Counted from the stretch's first letter, positions 1-8,000 are shown. The stretch is 10,888 nucleotides of DNA from Candidatus Hodarchaeota archaeon (GCA_016840035.1 JAEOTC010000190.1:1-10888), one strand, 5' to 3'. Program-made: numbers and translations. The notes: generated by a model from the letters alone, not told the origin.

Positions 1-1
1 T

Positions 2-163
2 AGAGCCATGATTGAAAACGATCGGAGTAATCAGCTTCTTGATTCGTGGGTTTTGGATAATATCATCTCTTTATTAAAATTTTTAGAACGAGAAGTCGAA
101 GCCACTCAGGTAGAGGGTCTTAAGAACAAATTACATAGTAAAAAGGGTGAGGAGCAAACATAA
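2..163 (+). CDS. 3' end of a hypothetical protein (truncated by window start)
   Basis: Frame open from the window edge: RAMIENDRSNQLLDSWVLDNIISLLKFLEREVEATQVEGLKNKLHSKKGEEQT, stop TAA at 161-163. Protein-like composition; not in the ORF track. Confidence 0.7.
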   Translation, partial: RAMIENDRSNQLLDSWVLDNIISLLKFLEREVEATQVEGLKNKLHSKKGEEQT

Positions 164-181
164 TTGCAAATGTGAGTGATG

Positions 182-254
182 ATTATATAGCAGATGTGAA
201 GAAAGGCCACATTGACGACATCTAGTTTCTCTTGGAAATGTCGTATAACCAACG
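182..254 (+). repeat. Dispersed direct repeat, copy 1 (internal ACGACAT/ATGTCGT inverted repeat, dif-like right end)
   Basis: 182-221 matches 8806-8845 at 36/40 nt. A variable 13-nt centre follows, then 235-254 GAAATGTCGTATAACCAACG is identical to 8861-8880. Confidence 0.95.
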
Positions 255-370
255 ACTTGTTCTTAAAAAAATTTGATTTAGGAGTGGTTTTTATTAATGC
301 ATAATAGACACACAAATATATCAGAGATTGAATTATTTTTGGTGAGTAAACGTGCCGTAAATAATGGAGT

Positions 371-514
371 ATGCTTCACTCCTTTCGCCGTTATTAAAGT
401 GAGATATTAGAAGAAGAAGAGATACTAGAGTATGTAATCGAAATGTCCAATGATGTGATGTTAATCCTTGAAGCTGGAGCCATTGCTTATATTCGACAAA
501 AAAGGCTGGATTAA
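371..514 (+). pseudogene. Probable decayed tyrosine recombinase/integrase C-terminal fragment
   Basis: Translates MLHSFRRY*SEILEEEEILEYVIEMSNDVMLILEAGAIAYIRQKRLD*. It has an HxxR motif, then L/VIEM in the same register as XerD HxLRHSFATHLL...VVQMLLGH, and a Tyr near the catalytic-Tyr position. There is an in-frame stop at 395-397 and the GH motif is absent. Confidence 0.4.
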
Positions 515-575
515 CCCCCGTTTAGAAAAAATATCTAGATATTCAAAAATAAAGTATTAAAATTCGATCTAGGCA

Positions 576-1853
576 TCAATATTTGGAATGATGCTCAGAA
601 ATTTGAATTTGATTGATCATTCTGTTCCAAGTGTGTAGAATTGCGAAACCTGCAGCAGCAACAATTAGTATTACAAGAAATGCAGGGATTAGTAAATCTT
701 CATCAATTTCAATACCAGAATATCGACTGGAATATCCAAGCTTGAACCCTAAATCATCTTCTGATTGCCAATTAATGTCTTTTGAAATATTATAAGGAAT
801 ATAATCATAATCAACAAATATGATAGTAATAAAAAGAATTGAAAATATCACAGCAAAAATACCAGATAAACTTATTGTTTCAATAAAACGGGTGAATTTA
901 GGGAATCCTGTGGTTATAGGAACTTCATGAGTTTTAAAGAAATGGGTAAAAGCAGGCAATCCTGTCGCCCCAAATGCTACCATCAATCTTCCGGCATGAA
1001 TGCTCGAAAATCCACATATAAGACCAAACCCGAAAATTCCACTTAAATAACATTCATAGTTATTAGCTGAAAGATTTTTATGCATACAGTCACTAGATAA
1101 CAAGTATACGACTCCAAATACTATAGAGATACCAATTCCTAGGGGAGAAAGATATATTCCTTCCTCATAGGTCATTATTGCCCACCAATATTTGCCAAGT
1201 AAAGGAATCGGGTCTAAAATAAATAAGATTATGTCTCGAAAAAGAGTTATTAGGATTAATACGGAGGAAGGAACTAATGCTAAAGTATATTTATTCAGTT
1301 TACTTAACAAGAATCCCACGATCGGTATGAATGGAACCATGATGGCGGTCTTATGGATTGTCCATGCAAATAACAAAAAAAACCCAGCTTTTTTGTATTG
1401 TTTATTATAATAGCTTTGAATTGCTAAAAGAGAAACTGCCGCGGATGATATTTGCCTTAAAGCGATACCAATAATGCCAAACATGAAGAAAAATAATATT
1501 ATAGTTCCGTCTTTTTCACCTTCTTCCAAACCTCTCATGAAGAAAAAAAGAGATCCATACGTGATTAGCGCGAGTATCATCCAAAATACTCTTGGTTCTC
1601 CAATTTTATTTGCTAAGAAATATATGGTTTCTGTTAACGGTTCTACTGGAGTTAGTTTTAAAACCGTTGCATTATTAATAATTTCCAAGTATCTGTTGAA
1701 GTCAGCTCCAACTTGCCATGCAAAAGCAGTCACTATTGTACAATAGATTAAAATTCCATATCTTATCACTTGATTTTTGTATTTAATGTTTATTATTCCA
1801 GCTAAAACTGGCATTAGATAAACAATAATAGTTCCAAATAAACCAAAAACCAT
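576..1853 (-). CDS. EpsG family (Wzy-like polysaccharide polymerase / GT-C-type) membrane protein
   Basis: 425 aa, multi-TM. EpsG-type motifs VGADFNRY, EP, LRQxxAA, AWTIHKTA and late YIPY. Confidence 0.8.
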   Translation of the reverse strand: MVFGLFGTIIVYLMPVLAGIINIKYKNQVIRYGILIYCTIVTAFAWQVGADFNRYLEIINNATVLKLTPVEPLTETIYFLANKIGEPRVFWMILALITYGSLFFFMRGLEEGEKDGTIILFFFMFGIIGIALRQISSAAVSLLAIQSYYNKQYKKAGFFLLFAWTIHKTAIMVPFIPIVGFLLSKLNKYTLALVPSSVLILITLFRDIILFILDPIPLLGKYWWAIMTYEEGIYLSPLGIGISIVFGVVYLLSSDCMHKNLSANNYECYLSGIFGFGLICGFSSIHAGRLMVAFGATGLPAFTHFFKTHEVPITTGFPKFTRFIETISLSGIFAVIFSILFITIIFVDYDYIPYNISKDINWQSEDDLGFKLGYSSRYSGIEIDEDLLIPAFLVILIVAAAGFAILHTWNRMINQIQISEHHSKY

Positions 1854-1972
1854 TTTTCTAACCTTAAATAGATATTATAATATGCTAAATTACAAATCTT
1901 GGGTATTCATCTAAAAATTTGCATTGTTGACTTGAGCTGAAATATAACATTATATATTCATATCTCTCCCTG

Positions 1973-2139
1973 CAAAGAATTCAATCTTCTCTTAAATAAA
2001 GACAGTTGTGAATAGGAAACGCGTCAAACACACGTTAGTAATGCTAGGATAAGTATCGACTTCGATATTTCATAAAGAAGATGAACTCTAAAACTCTGTC
2101 TAATTATTCTTACAAATAAATTTACTAGGAGTATTTACT
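1973..2139 (+). pseudogene. Possible IS3-family transposase remnant
   Basis: QRIQSSLK*R (1973-2002), frameshift, VVNRKRVKHTLVMLG* (2005-2052), later NLLGVFT (2119-2139). Resembles the IS3 OrfB pattern RRIxxxL...VNxKRVxRLMxxxGL...NLLxRxF. Multiple stops. Confidence 0.4.
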
Positions 2140-2147
2140 GGTGCTTT

Positions 2148-2192
2148 TTTAAGTATAATCAATGTTTAAATATAACCTCGGTTAAATGACAT
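2148..2192. other. dif-like putative recombination site: three 11-bp arms separated by 6-bp spacers
   Basis: TTTAAGTATAA-TCAATG-TTTAAATATAA-CCTCGG-TTAAATGACAT. The third arm is a 9/11 match to the reverse complement of the repeat arm ATGTCGTATAA. Confidence 0.45.
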
Positions 2193-2254
2193 CATATATA
2201 GGAACATGTATAGCTTCCTTAACGTATCCAAATCGGGAGATTCCTAGTAAGTTA

Positions 2255-2354
2255 TGTTCTTTTTGCAAATCCAGAAGTTTGAAACCGAATGGAACATTTG
2301 TTCGGAACGATTATTCAATTATCCAACGATATATCATAATCATGCCATACTTTC
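2255..2354 (+). pseudogene. Transposase-type zinc-ribbon remnant (IS1 InsA-like)
   Basis: CSFCKSRSLKPNGTFVRNDYSIIQRY (2255-2332), then SCHTF in a shifted frame (2340-2354). Matches the CxxCxS...NG...QRYxCxxCxxxF pattern with a frameshift. Confidence 0.55.
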
Positions 2355-2577
2355 GCCGTAATACTTAATGCTGATTGTACCATTATTCAGGGTTCATTCA
2401 AATTTATTCTGGAGGTCCTCGTTCGATTATCTTTTGAATTTCCTTCAAAGAACACCGTTCGGAAAAACCCGAGAAAATATCTACCAGAAACGAAATCCTT
2501 TAAGTTATTAATTCTCTTTCCTTTGATTTGTGATGTAGCTGTCGTCTCTAAGACCAACGTCAAGAATAGCCCAAAGA

Positions 2578-3789
2578 GTGCCCTCTTCATTGAATTTGGA
2601 TGTCATATATGTCTTACTTGCGATGATGATTTTTAATATTCCTTGGGGATTAGTTCAGCCTTTTATCAGTCCATATTTTTTCGAACTTACCCAGGGAGAT
2701 TATTGGTTAACAGGATTACTTAATGGAATCCCTTTTACTACTATGGTTATTTCTGTATTTTTCTTTGGGTGGGTAGTTGATAAGATTGGTGCGAAAATAG
2801 TAATGATACTTGCATTTATTCTGTTCATCATCCTTTTTATAACATTACTATTTATTACTGATCCTTTTTTAATTTTTTTGGACTACATTATTCTAAATGG
2901 ACTGTTAGCTTGCTTTTCACCCGCAGTAATGAAATATGCGAGTTTAGTTAAAACAGAAATGAACATTTTTGGTGCGTTAGGAGCATCAACCTCCTTTGGT
3001 TACTTCATTGGGTCATTTCTCGGGGGATTGTTGTATGATCTATTAAGTATGAGAGTTTTATACCTTCTTGGCCTTGGTTCATGTGCTATTGGGCTAATTC
3101 TTACTATAAAAATGCGAAATATTCGACATTCAGAAGAGTATGACATGAAGAATAATCTGGAGGAAAACCTCAAAGACGATTCTCCCGATTTAACTGTTCA
3201 TTCACAATCTCTTCTCACATCTCTGATAAATTCGAAGTTGGTGCTTGGCATCTTCATCATTGCATTTCTTCAAACGCTTCAAGGTTCTTTTTCAGGAATG
3301 TTTGTATCTGTGTATCTTATATCTGAGTTGAAGGCGCCATCAGTGATCATTGGAGTATCTTACGGGATTGCTACTTTATCGGGGACATTTGCAGCTCATT
3401 ATGCTGGAAGATTTGGGAGTAAATTCGGATACAAAACGATCCTTTTAATCTGTTATGCAGGTTATTTCATTGTTTGGATTGCATTTTTTATTTCAACAGC
3501 AAATTTTCTGTTACCAGCTCTGGCTTATACGCTCCCCATATTTGTTGGACTAATGGTAGCAGGCCCCGCTATCGTAACTCAGTATATTCAGGAAGATCAG
3601 CGTGGGACAGTAATGGGAATATTCTCAGCTTGTCAGTACTTGGGTTTAGGGATCGGTACTATATTGGGTGGGTACTATGCTGGAATCCAATCCACAATTC
3701 ATTCTAATTTTGCAGTTTCAGCATTTATAACCGTTATACTCTTTCTTTTCGTTCTTCTCTTCTTTAAAAATGATAAGAAGATAGAATAA
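2578..3789 (+). CDS. Major facilitator superfamily transporter
   Basis: 403 aa, about 12 TM, with a central hydrophilic loop. Motif A-like GWVVDKIGAK and GRFGSKFGYK; QRGTVMG. The GTG start is uncertain because the frame is open back to 2539. Confidence 0.92.
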   Translation: MPSSLNLDVIYVLLAMMIFNIPWGLVQPFISPYFFELTQGDYWLTGLLNGIPFTTMVISVFFFGWVVDKIGAKIVMILAFILFIILFITLLFITDPFLIFLDYIILNGLLACFSPAVMKYASLVKTEMNIFGALGASTSFGYFIGSFLGGLLYDLLSMRVLYLLGLGSCAIGLILTIKMRNIRHSEEYDMKNNLEENLKDDSPDLTVHSQSLLTSLINSKLVLGIFIIAFLQTLQGSFSGMFVSVYLISELKAPSVIIGVSYGIATLSGTFAAHYAGRFGSKFGYKTILLICYAGYFIVWIAFFISTANFLLPALAYTLPIFVGLMVAGPAIVTQYIQEDQRGTVMGIFSACQYLGLGIGTILGGYYAGIQSTIHSNFAVSAFITVILFLFVLLFFKNDKKIE

Positions 3790-3813
3790 CCAACTTTTCT
3801 TCAGGCTTATTCC

Positions 3814-4554
3814 TTAACTTTTCTTGAGCTTTTTAATTTGCTCATCTAAAGTCTTTAAAATTTCCTCAGTAGTGATGATATTGGCATAAAATAATTCCAT
3901 AGCTCTCAACGAAGCATTATGTAAAGTAGGGGACCACCCCGCACACGCATCATCAACCACAAAAACATTAAAACCTAAATCTGAAGCTATCCTTGTGGTA
4001 TTTTCTACACACATATGAGTAACAACACCAACGATTATTACTGTATCTACCCCTAAACTACGTAGTTGATGCTCGAGATCTGTTGAACTAAATGTACCAC
4101 TGGTAGTTTTAAGAATAATTGTATCAGTATCCTTCGGATTTAACTCATGTATAATATCTGCTAGAGGATCTTGAATGGATGGGAATAGATATTTGCCAAT
4201 CATGTTTTTGGAAAACTCATTTATGGTCCGAATATTTTTTGCATAGTCGTTACAATCCCTTCTACGACATGCGAATTTTGTATAGTATACTGGAATGTTA
4301 TTTTTCCTAAAAAACTCTGACAAGCGAGAAATATTTGGATTTACTATTTCGTCAACACGTTTTAAAAAATATTCAAGCATGCCAGGAACAAGTTTTTCGT
4401 TTAATTCAATGATCGGTGAGGTTTCTTTCACTTGATAATTTTGCATATCAATGATTACGAGAGCAGAACTCTGAGGATTAATAGATGGTTGAATCTGCCT
4501 TTTATTTGTTAGATACTGTTCAATTTTCTCTTCTAATTCCATTTTATTCACCAT
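3814..4554 (-). CDS. Isochorismatase-family cysteine hydrolase
   Basis: ALVIIDMQ (Asp), LKTTSGTF (Lys) and GVVTHMCVENTTR (Cys) form the catalytic triad; VVDDACA. Confidence 0.93.
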   Translation of the reverse strand: MVNKMELEEKIEQYLTNKRQIQPSINPQSSALVIIDMQNYQVKETSPIIELNEKLVPGMLEYFLKRVDEIVNPNISRLSEFFRKNNIPVYYTKFACRRRDCNDYAKNIRTINEFSKNMIGKYLFPSIQDPLADIIHELNPKDTDTIILKTTSGTFSSTDLEHQLRSLGVDTVIIVGVVTHMCVENTTRIASDLGFNVFVVDDACAGWSPTLHNASLRAMELFYANIITTEEILKTLDEQIKKLKKS

Positions 4555-4667
4555 TTGTTTAATTCAGTTCGTAATAATCGCAGAACTCGTTAGTGATTAA
4601 AGCTATTTAAGCATGATAATTCCTATCAATAAAAATTAATTAAAATACAGTAATGAATTTTTAAGCC

Positions 4668-5552
4668 ATGATTAGTTTAAAAATAAAAGCAATTTTTGGA
4701 TCAATAATCCTTTTCATTGTTATGTTCATTCTAATTGGCCTAAATAATTTGGATTCAATCCTTTATGAGCCATTAATAACTCCAGAAAGGTGGCTAAAGT
4801 CTCAACCATGGATAAAACTCGAAATTTTTACGTTTGATGCAGTAATAGTGCAACCTACTTCAACCATTCTGGTTTTTTCTTTAGGGTTTCTTACTATAGG
4901 AATTGGAATTTCAATTTTATCTACTCTAGAAGATCAGAAATCCCTAGAATGGTGGGGTTACGCGTTATTGTTATGGGGATTAGGAGCATTATTTGCAGGG
5001 ACAAGTTATCAAATATTCAGCTATGAAATAAAGTGCGTGGGAAGATCCTATTGCCTTTGGACTAGCTGGTGGGAGATTTTTTACATGATCCTTACTGTTG
5101 GTAGTGTTAACGCCATGATGGTTGCTCAAGCATATACTTGCTTAGAAGGAAAAAGAAGAAAAGGAGTTTTTATTGCGTCAGGAGTAATTTGGAGTCTTTA
5201 TGTCGTAATTTCCCTTTTAGGAAGTATAATACCTATAAGATTCCTCATTTCGTTTGAATTATTAGTAATTTTCCTTATCCCGATCTTTATCTTCTTTTTT
5301 ATTCTTAATTTCTGGAGATATCGAATAAATAGAAGCAAGGTGGATCTTTCTCTAATCTATATATGGTTATCTCTCGGTTTGATAATGTTAGTATATTTCC
5401 TTTATCTGACGGGAGGCGTAACAGATTTATTGTGGGAAATGGGGATATGGTTCTCTGAGAATGATGTGTTACATATCGGGTTAATTTTCTGGATGTTATT
5501 TATTAATAGAAATATAAAAAGACATTTAGGAGATTATCATTCTATTAGATAA
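4668..5552 (+). CDS. Multi-pass membrane protein of unknown function (DUF6962/CREST-like)
   Basis: 294 aa, about 8 TM. QPTST near TM2 and FSENDVLH near the last TM recall DUF6962-like proteins; the family call is tentative. Confidence 0.7.
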   Translation: MISLKIKAIFGSIILFIVMFILIGLNNLDSILYEPLITPERWLKSQPWIKLEIFTFDAVIVQPTSTILVFSLGFLTIGIGISILSTLEDQKSLEWWGYALLLWGLGALFAGTSYQIFSYEIKCVGRSYCLWTSWWEIFYMILTVGSVNAMMVAQAYTCLEGKRRKGVFIASGVIWSLYVVISLLGSIIPIRFLISFELLVIFLIPIFIFFFILNFWRYRINRSKVDLSLIYIWLSLGLIMLVYFLYLTGGVTDLLWEMGIWFSENDVLHIGLIFWMLFINRNIKRHLGDYHSIR

Positions 5553-5590
5553 ATTCCATTGATGCTAATTTCCAGTGTAATTTATCTTTT
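5547..5590 (+). terminator. Hairpin overlapping the stop codon, followed by a T-run
   Basis: AGATAAATT (5547-5555) pairs perfectly with AATTTATCT (5579-5587). A further 5 bp pair inward (CATTG/CAGTG, one G-T), then TTT. Confidence 0.45.
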
Positions 5591-5608
5591 ACTGATAGTC
5601 TGCACTTT

Positions 5609-5636
5609 CCTTAACCTAACCAACGTTATAGTATAA
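5609..5636. other. dif-like putative recombination site sharing the CCAACG spacer with the long repeats
   Basis: CCTTAACCTAA-CCAACG-TTATAGTATAA has a TAA-N6-TTA core. It is enclosed by the imperfect inverted repeat TTTCCTTAAC (5606-5615) / GTTAGGGAAA (5650-5659). Confidence 0.45.
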
Positions 5637-5710
5637 CAGGCACCTTAAAGTTAGGGAAATTCATTTCATCACTGAAATGTTTATAGATTCATTTTAAATC
5701 TAATAAGGAC

Positions 5711-5754
5711 TAGTTAAGTCAGTAACATTCAGTAGTTAAGTCAGTAACATTCAA
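5711..5754 (+). repeat. 22-bp tandem repeat, 2 copies
   Basis: TAGTTAAGTCAGTAACATTCAG / TAGTTAAGTCAGTAACATTCAA (21/22 identical). Further CATTCA at 5766 and 5781. Confidence 0.93.
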
Positions 5755-5848
5755 TAATTGCAAATCATTCACTTCCTGAACATTCACGTTTATTCGGAAA
5801 ATCTGGTAATAATTGTCTAGTACCCAATAACTGTTCTGGAAACATTAT

Positions 5849-6784
5849 TCATAGAATTTTGGCCCACATATTCATGGGTACTTTTCTACTAAACCCTGTA
5901 GCTTCATAGATTAAGTTATTTTCGTCATGAATGTCGCTCTCAACCACACATACCATATTAGGTTGATACTTGGTCAAACGTTCTAAGCCTTCGCAAACAA
6001 GAGCGGTTTTCAAATCTAAGTGTAAGTACTTTGGATGAACACCTAAGAGTTCTAGCTCAGCTATCTTTGTACGAGGATCAAAACGAAAAGTACAAAACGC
6101 AGCAAACTCCCCATCAGCAGTAACCGCAACTAGATTGAGATCTGGATGGTAAAATTCTGCCTCCCTCATAAAGGCAAATTTCTCGCTAGACATGTTTTCT
6201 CTGCAATGGGGGAGAACAGAGCCCACAACATCAATATAGGCTGAATAATCGTCGTTTCCTTCAATGTTTCGTATTGTGAATCCTTGGGGAAGTATATAAT
6301 TTGGTATAGAACTCTCCTTTGGGCGAATATAATTGAACTCATGAAGACCCAAATCCTGGTAATTTAATTCCTCTAAAGTCGTTCTACGAACAGGATCTGT
6401 AGTAACAGTATAATGAATAAGGCGTAATTCTCCCTTCAAACTAGGATTTCTTTCTTGTTCGATTTTTTCTAGGATTAAAAAGAGATCACGTTCAAAATGC
6501 TTGTATTGGGGATGGATTTCGATGTGATAATTACGGGCTGAACCTCGGTGACTTACAGCGATGATTTTGGAATTGGAATCAGCCACTTTTTCTTTTAATT
6601 TCCATATCGAGATGTCCTCGTCATCTTTTCTCGTATAAGACGTCCCACAAGGTCCATATTTATGATTTTCAATTTTTATTGGAATGAGATAGTGAAGAAC
6701 ACTGGATTCTCGATATACGTCTAATAGGAAGTCACGAACCTCATTTAAATCATTATCAAAACTGAATGAACACCGTGATAGCAT
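5849..6784 (-). CDS. Two-domain GNAT-fold N-acetyltransferase-like protein (degenerate acetyl-CoA motif)
   Basis: LPQGFTIR, DGEFAAFC, ELELLGVHPKY and IYEATGF are typical of tandem GNATs. Confidence 0.85.
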   Translation of the reverse strand: MLSRCSFSFDNDLNEVRDFLLDVYRESSVLHYLIPIKIENHKYGPCGTSYTRKDDEDISIWKLKEKVADSNSKIIAVSHRGSARNYHIEIHPQYKHFERDLFLILEKIEQERNPSLKGELRLIHYTVTTDPVRRTTLEELNYQDLGLHEFNYIRPKESSIPNYILPQGFTIRNIEGNDDYSAYIDVVGSVLPHCRENMSSEKFAFMREAEFYHPDLNLVAVTADGEFAAFCTFRFDPRTKIAELELLGVHPKYLHLDLKTALVCEGLERLTKYQPNMVCVVESDIHDENNLIYEATGFSRKVPMNMWAKIL

Positions 6785-6835
6785 TTTTTGGAACCGCTTG
6801 TCCTTCTTGAGAAGTTAAAAAAAATTTTTACGTAT

Positions 6836-7786
6836 TTAAGAGTCTTCATATATCCAGAATTTAGCTCCTTGCTCTTCACTTATTTTAAACCCTAGTTTCT
6901 TGTAGTATTTAATGGCTGGATTAGTAAGGACTATACTTGTTGTCACTTCTTTTGCATTATGTTTGTTGAAGTATTCCTTAGTTCCTTGGATCATTGCCTT
7001 TCTCAGACTTAATCCATCTGGAAATTCTAGATCTAAGATCATCCCCTCAAAGTTCCCGTACACTGTGGTATCTTCCTGGCCTCTCTCTGCGGGTGAATAT
7101 TTTCCTGCATGAATGTATCCCTTTAATTCTCCTTTCCAGTAGACGAGGAAAGAATCTTCTGACGACATCTCTCCGTTATCAAATCTTTCTGTCAAATTCT
7201 CTACTGTAACTTCTTCCCCGACAATACTTTCTTTGGATTTACGGTATGTTGCTAATGCTGAAAAATCCTCTTTTGTCAATGGTTTGATTTCAAATTCCGG
7301 CGATAGTTGATAATCTATTTCGTTTATAGCAAGACGCATTTCTCGAGCATCTTGAACCTCAGTCACTTTGGCTATTTTCTGGTTTTTGAAATACTCATGG
7401 GCTTTCTTGAAATCAAACGCGTAATGTGATTCGATCGTTCCTGGATTTTTTTTACAATCTTCTTTGGCAAATTCATAGATTGCTTTGAACAGTCGATCCA
7501 CGGTTTCTTTCGATCGATATTCCTTTAATATTAATGGATAGAAAATACCATGGAAGCCTCCATTAATCCGACATTCGGTATACCCTACAATCTTCTGCTC
7601 TTGATCTACTAGATATTGAACTTGCTTTGGATTAAAATTTGGGTCTTCATGACGTTTCTGAACCTTTTCTGCTGTGATTAGTACGGGTTCAGGTATCATT
7701 TCCACAATGACTGTGTTAAATATTTCTGCCTGGGCAGTTTCATCCCCTTTTTCATAATTACGGATTGTTAAACTTTCTTGGACCAT
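6836..7786 (-). CDS. Two-domain GNAT family N-acetyltransferase
   Basis: IRNYEKGDE, KIVGY, EIKPLTKED, GELKGY and NPAIKYYKKLGF. Confidence 0.87.
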   Translation of the reverse strand: MVQESLTIRNYEKGDETAQAEIFNTVIVEMIPEPVLITAEKVQKRHEDPNFNPKQVQYLVDQEQKIVGYTECRINGGFHGIFYPLILKEYRSKETVDRLFKAIYEFAKEDCKKNPGTIESHYAFDFKKAHEYFKNQKIAKVTEVQDAREMRLAINEIDYQLSPEFEIKPLTKEDFSALATYRKSKESIVGEEVTVENLTERFDNGEMSSEDSFLVYWKGELKGYIHAGKYSPAERGQEDTTVYGNFEGMILDLEFPDGLSLRKAMIQGTKEYFNKHNAKEVTTSIVLTNPAIKYYKKLGFKISEEQGAKFWIYEDS

Positions 7787-7845
7787 TTTTGTTCTTTCCT
7801 TATTCTTGAATATTGAAATGTGTGTTGGAATTTCTTGATCTGTTG

Positions 7846-7914
7846 ATCATTCCATTTAAATTGGAATCATTCAACTATATCTTGAATGATACAATAAGGC
7901 TTTTATTCATTCAA
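7846..7914. promoter_or_regulatory. Array of palindromic operator-like sites with 20-bp period in a divergent promoter
   Basis: ATCATTCCA-N7-TGGAATCAT (7846-7870), perfect ATCATTCAA-N7-TTGAATGAT (7866-7890), ATGATACAA (7886) and TTCATTCAA (7906). Confidence 0.7.
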
Positions 7915-8000
7915 AAGGTATTTAATCTTTACTATATTGGCATAAAATGTAGTTCAAACCACGTATTGGCCTTTCACACTATTTTTGCGTTGCGATTACA

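Noticed and set aside
212-249. TTGACG...TATAAC as a sigma70 promoter
   Set aside because: Spacing is 26-28 nt rather than about 17 and differs between copies.
120-266. 10-bp inverted repeat TTAAGAACAA / TTGTTCTTAA as MITE ends
   Set aside because: The left arm is inside the probable CDS, it is AT-rich, and it has no counterpart at repeat copy 2; likely chance.
106-315. 69-aa minus-strand ORF
   Set aside because: Overlaps the + strand CDS end and the repeat; no recognisable motif.
613-1746. Short + strand ORFs 613-795, 1192-1410 and 1474-1746
   Set aside because: Antisense shadows of the EpsG-like gene.
1938-1960. Imperfect palindrome TGAAATATAA-CA-TTATATATTCA as another dif-like site
   Set aside because: The spacer is 2 nt; more simply a TATA/operator element upstream of the EpsG-like gene.
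2387-2590. 67-aa minus-strand ORF
   Set aside because: No motif; overlaps the MFS start and is antisense to the open frame following the Zn-ribbon relic.
3726-3738. TATAAC-C-GTTATA palindrome
   Set aside because: Inside the MFS coding sequence, with the wrong spacing for the site family.
5711-5754. CRISPR array
   Set aside because: Adjacent repeats with no spacers, and no cas genes in the window.
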